From Candidatus Bathyarchaeota archaeon (lineage in GTDB: Archaea > Thermoproteota > Bathyarchaeia > Bathyarchaeales > Bathycorpusculaceae): a DNA stretch of 64,000 bases. How positions within the stretch are numbered: position 1 is the stretch's first letter; each line of letters begins with the position of its first letter. The notes under the pieces are model-generated. The model ran no database searches. It saw only the letters and a list, made by a program, of their open reading frames with translations, and was not told the DNA's origin. The stretch spans positions 1-64,000 of the forward strand of contig CAVTZU010000024.1 of NCBI GenBank assembly GCA_963739305.1, given 5' to 3'. This document shows, in pieces, positions 62,522-64,000 of the stretch. The position numbers and the translations under genes are program-made.

Positions 62522-63534
62522 AGGTATTCTTCCTCGCTGGAGCCTGTGCCGACGACAACCTGATGAAATGTTTCCTTTGTCTCAGTGTGTTGAACGCGTT
62601 CAAGCATGCCTGAAACGCGGATCGTGTCGTCTTTGCGGGCGACGTTCCTGTAACATCCGATCATTGAAACCACGATGGTCGGAACAAGGTCATCCCTCAG
62701 TTCTGATGCTGGATCGACCGGATCGTAATTCTTAATCTTGTAAACGGCAGGGCGGAACATGGCTTCGCTGTCGTCTTTCACCTTACATTCGAATGTGACC
62801 TTGTGAAATGGAGCGTATTTGAAGTCACCATACTTGGATTTGATTTCTTCGCTTTTGCGAACCGCGTTGAACATGAACAGCTTGCCTTTGAACCTTCCCT
62901 TGTATCTTCTTGCTTTGTCGATACGATTCTTGAAAACGTAGTTCAATGTCCCGTTTTCTGCAAGTTTGTCTATTACGTTTTCGAGTTTTCGGAAGTTTCG
63001 GCCTCCGTAGATGACCAAGTCGATGTCCGATCTCGAAGTGTGCATGTTCAAGGCAATTGACCCGTGAAGGCCGAAATCCTTCAGAGGAACCCTGGATTCT
63101 TTTGAAAGCAGTTCTACGAGATTTATCGCGGTATTCTGTAAAGAGTCTCTCTTTTCAAGTGCAAGAACGTGTTCGAGACAATCTCTTGGAACGTACACGT
63201 CTCTGATCGATGTTAGAGGTGCGCTAAGAATTTCTTTGCCCTTGAAAATGCAATAATAAACGTATTCAGGGAAGTTCGCCTTGAAAGAGTCAAGAAAGCT
63301 TCTGTAGTTTTGGGGCGTGTAGAGTTTCTCAGCCCTGAAAACCTCACGGTGCCCATAGGTCCAAATGTTTTCGAGGTACTTCACCTTGAAGAGTTCCTTG
63401 AGGTCAGCAGGGATATACTTGATGAAAGCGACTACTCGGGCTTTCGGATGATCGTACCCGAAGACGTTGAAAATGAAACCTTCCTTCGTTGCGAAGGTGT
63501 CTCCGTCTTTGGGAACCCATTTTCTCGGACGCGT
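62509..63534 (-). CDS. Pol-beta-superfamily nucleotidyltransferase, COG1665-like (paralog 3)
   Basis: GLHGSIAL...SDIDLVIYG; homologous N-terminus KDGDTFAT..IFNVFGYDHP extends in frame upstream of 63384 to an ACG at 63534. Confidence 0.8.
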   Translation of the reverse strand, partial: TRPRKWVPKDGDTFATKEGFIFNVFGYDHPKARVVAFIKYIPADLKELFKVKYLENIWTYGHREVFRAEKLYTPQNYRSFLDSFKANFPEYVYYCIFKGKEILSAPLTSIRDVYVPRDCLEHVLALEKRDSLQNTAINLVELLSKESRVPLKDFGLHGSIALNMHTSRSDIDLVIYGGRNFRKLENVIDKLAENGTLNYVFKNRIDKARRYKGRFKGKLFMFNAVRKSEEIKSKYGDFKYAPFHKVTFECKVKDDSEAMFRPAVYKIKNYDPVDPASELRDDLVPTIVVSMIGCYRNVARKDDTIRVSGMLERVQHTETKETFHQVVVGTGSSEEEYLWPL

Positions 63535-63642
63535 GTTGAAGCACCGCGTTAGACTGATACTGGAATGCTAGAAAAACCTATTGTCAGGACACGTAAGGCT
63601 TTAAGCAGTAGCTGTATCAAGACTGAGTGAAGTGAAACTGGT

Positions 63643-64000
63643 TTGGGCGATGACTCGCACCCCTACGTTGTTTTTCTTCCGTCCGAACACAAAATCAGAA
63701 TACTAAGCGCCATTTTCGGATCCAGGGCTGCTGTCGACATACTGAAGTTATCGTTGAACAAGGGTATTTCGGAAAAACTATATCAACAGGAGCTTGGGAA
63801 GAAGCTTTCTTACTCGAACAAGACGATCATCAAAAACTTGAAGTCTCTCACCAAGTTGGACATTCTGCAAGAGTCGATGGAAAAATCTGAGAAGAATCAC
63901 CGAATCGTATGGGTCAAAGCTTATCAACTCTCAGATATGGGAAAGTGGTTTTCGCTGCTTCTGGCGGAAGAAAAAGACTTGTCAGAAAGCGAAAAGGCAC
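63643..64000 (+). CDS. Winged-helix protein, probable transcriptional regulator, truncated by the window end
   Basis: Hand translation ..AIFGSRAAVDILK..YQQELGKKLSYSNKTIIKNLKSLTKLDIL..AYQLSDMGKWF. Confidence 0.7.
   Translation, partial: MGDDSHPYVVFLPSEHKIRILSAIFGSRAAVDILKLSLNKGISEKLYQQELGKKLSYSNKTIIKNLKSLTKLDILQESMEKSEKNHRIVWVKAYQLSDMGKWFSLLLAEEKDLSESEKA

Noticed and set aside
60423-63534. CBASS CD-NTase or MNT-HEPN toxin-antitoxin interpretation of the nucleotidyltransferases
   Set aside because: No Cap effector or HEPN partner adjacent; the proteins are much larger than MNTs and lie in a housekeeping context.
1-64000. CRISPR arrays, rRNA genes, IS transposases
   Set aside because: No regularly spaced repeats, rRNA-like sequence or transposase motifs found by eye.

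Overview
Archaeal chromosomal window, most consistent with Bathyarchaeia. The basis is GatDE, Elp3, RIO2, an Sm-like protein, a CdvA-like protein, Fwd/Mch H4MPT C1 genes, dockerin-tailed surface proteins and intron-containing tRNAs; the taxonomy is inference. Bases 1-4.5k are the end of an integrated element (HxlR-like regulator, ParB-like protein, wHTH protein, Zn-ribbon ORF, tyrosine integrase) abutting the 3' end of tRNA-Leu(CAG). The rest is mostly housekeeping and metabolic: elp3-gatD-gatE, nurA-herA, pyrH, alkA, rio2, an AcnX pair, a dpp/opp ABC operon, valS-nadX, thiT, fdhD, a RimK-family ligase, mch, fwdDBAC and a CitG-family gene. All three tRNAs carry BHB introns, two of them at non-canonical positions. 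Many genes, including essential valS, are frameshifted, so the assembly probably contains indel errors. Best leads: (1) four paralogous beta-hairpin+winged-helix proteins (two subtypes) flanked by a membrane Zn-ribbon gene and a stand-alone, motif-variant nurA-herA pair; (2) three paralogous Pol-beta-like nucleotidyltransferases next to an ECF S-component, CitG and the fwd/mch cluster; (3) an archaeal TPP riboswitch whose P1 helix can sequester the thiT start codon; (4) three genes whose expected start codon reads ACG. All family assignments come from motif recognition, without database searches.
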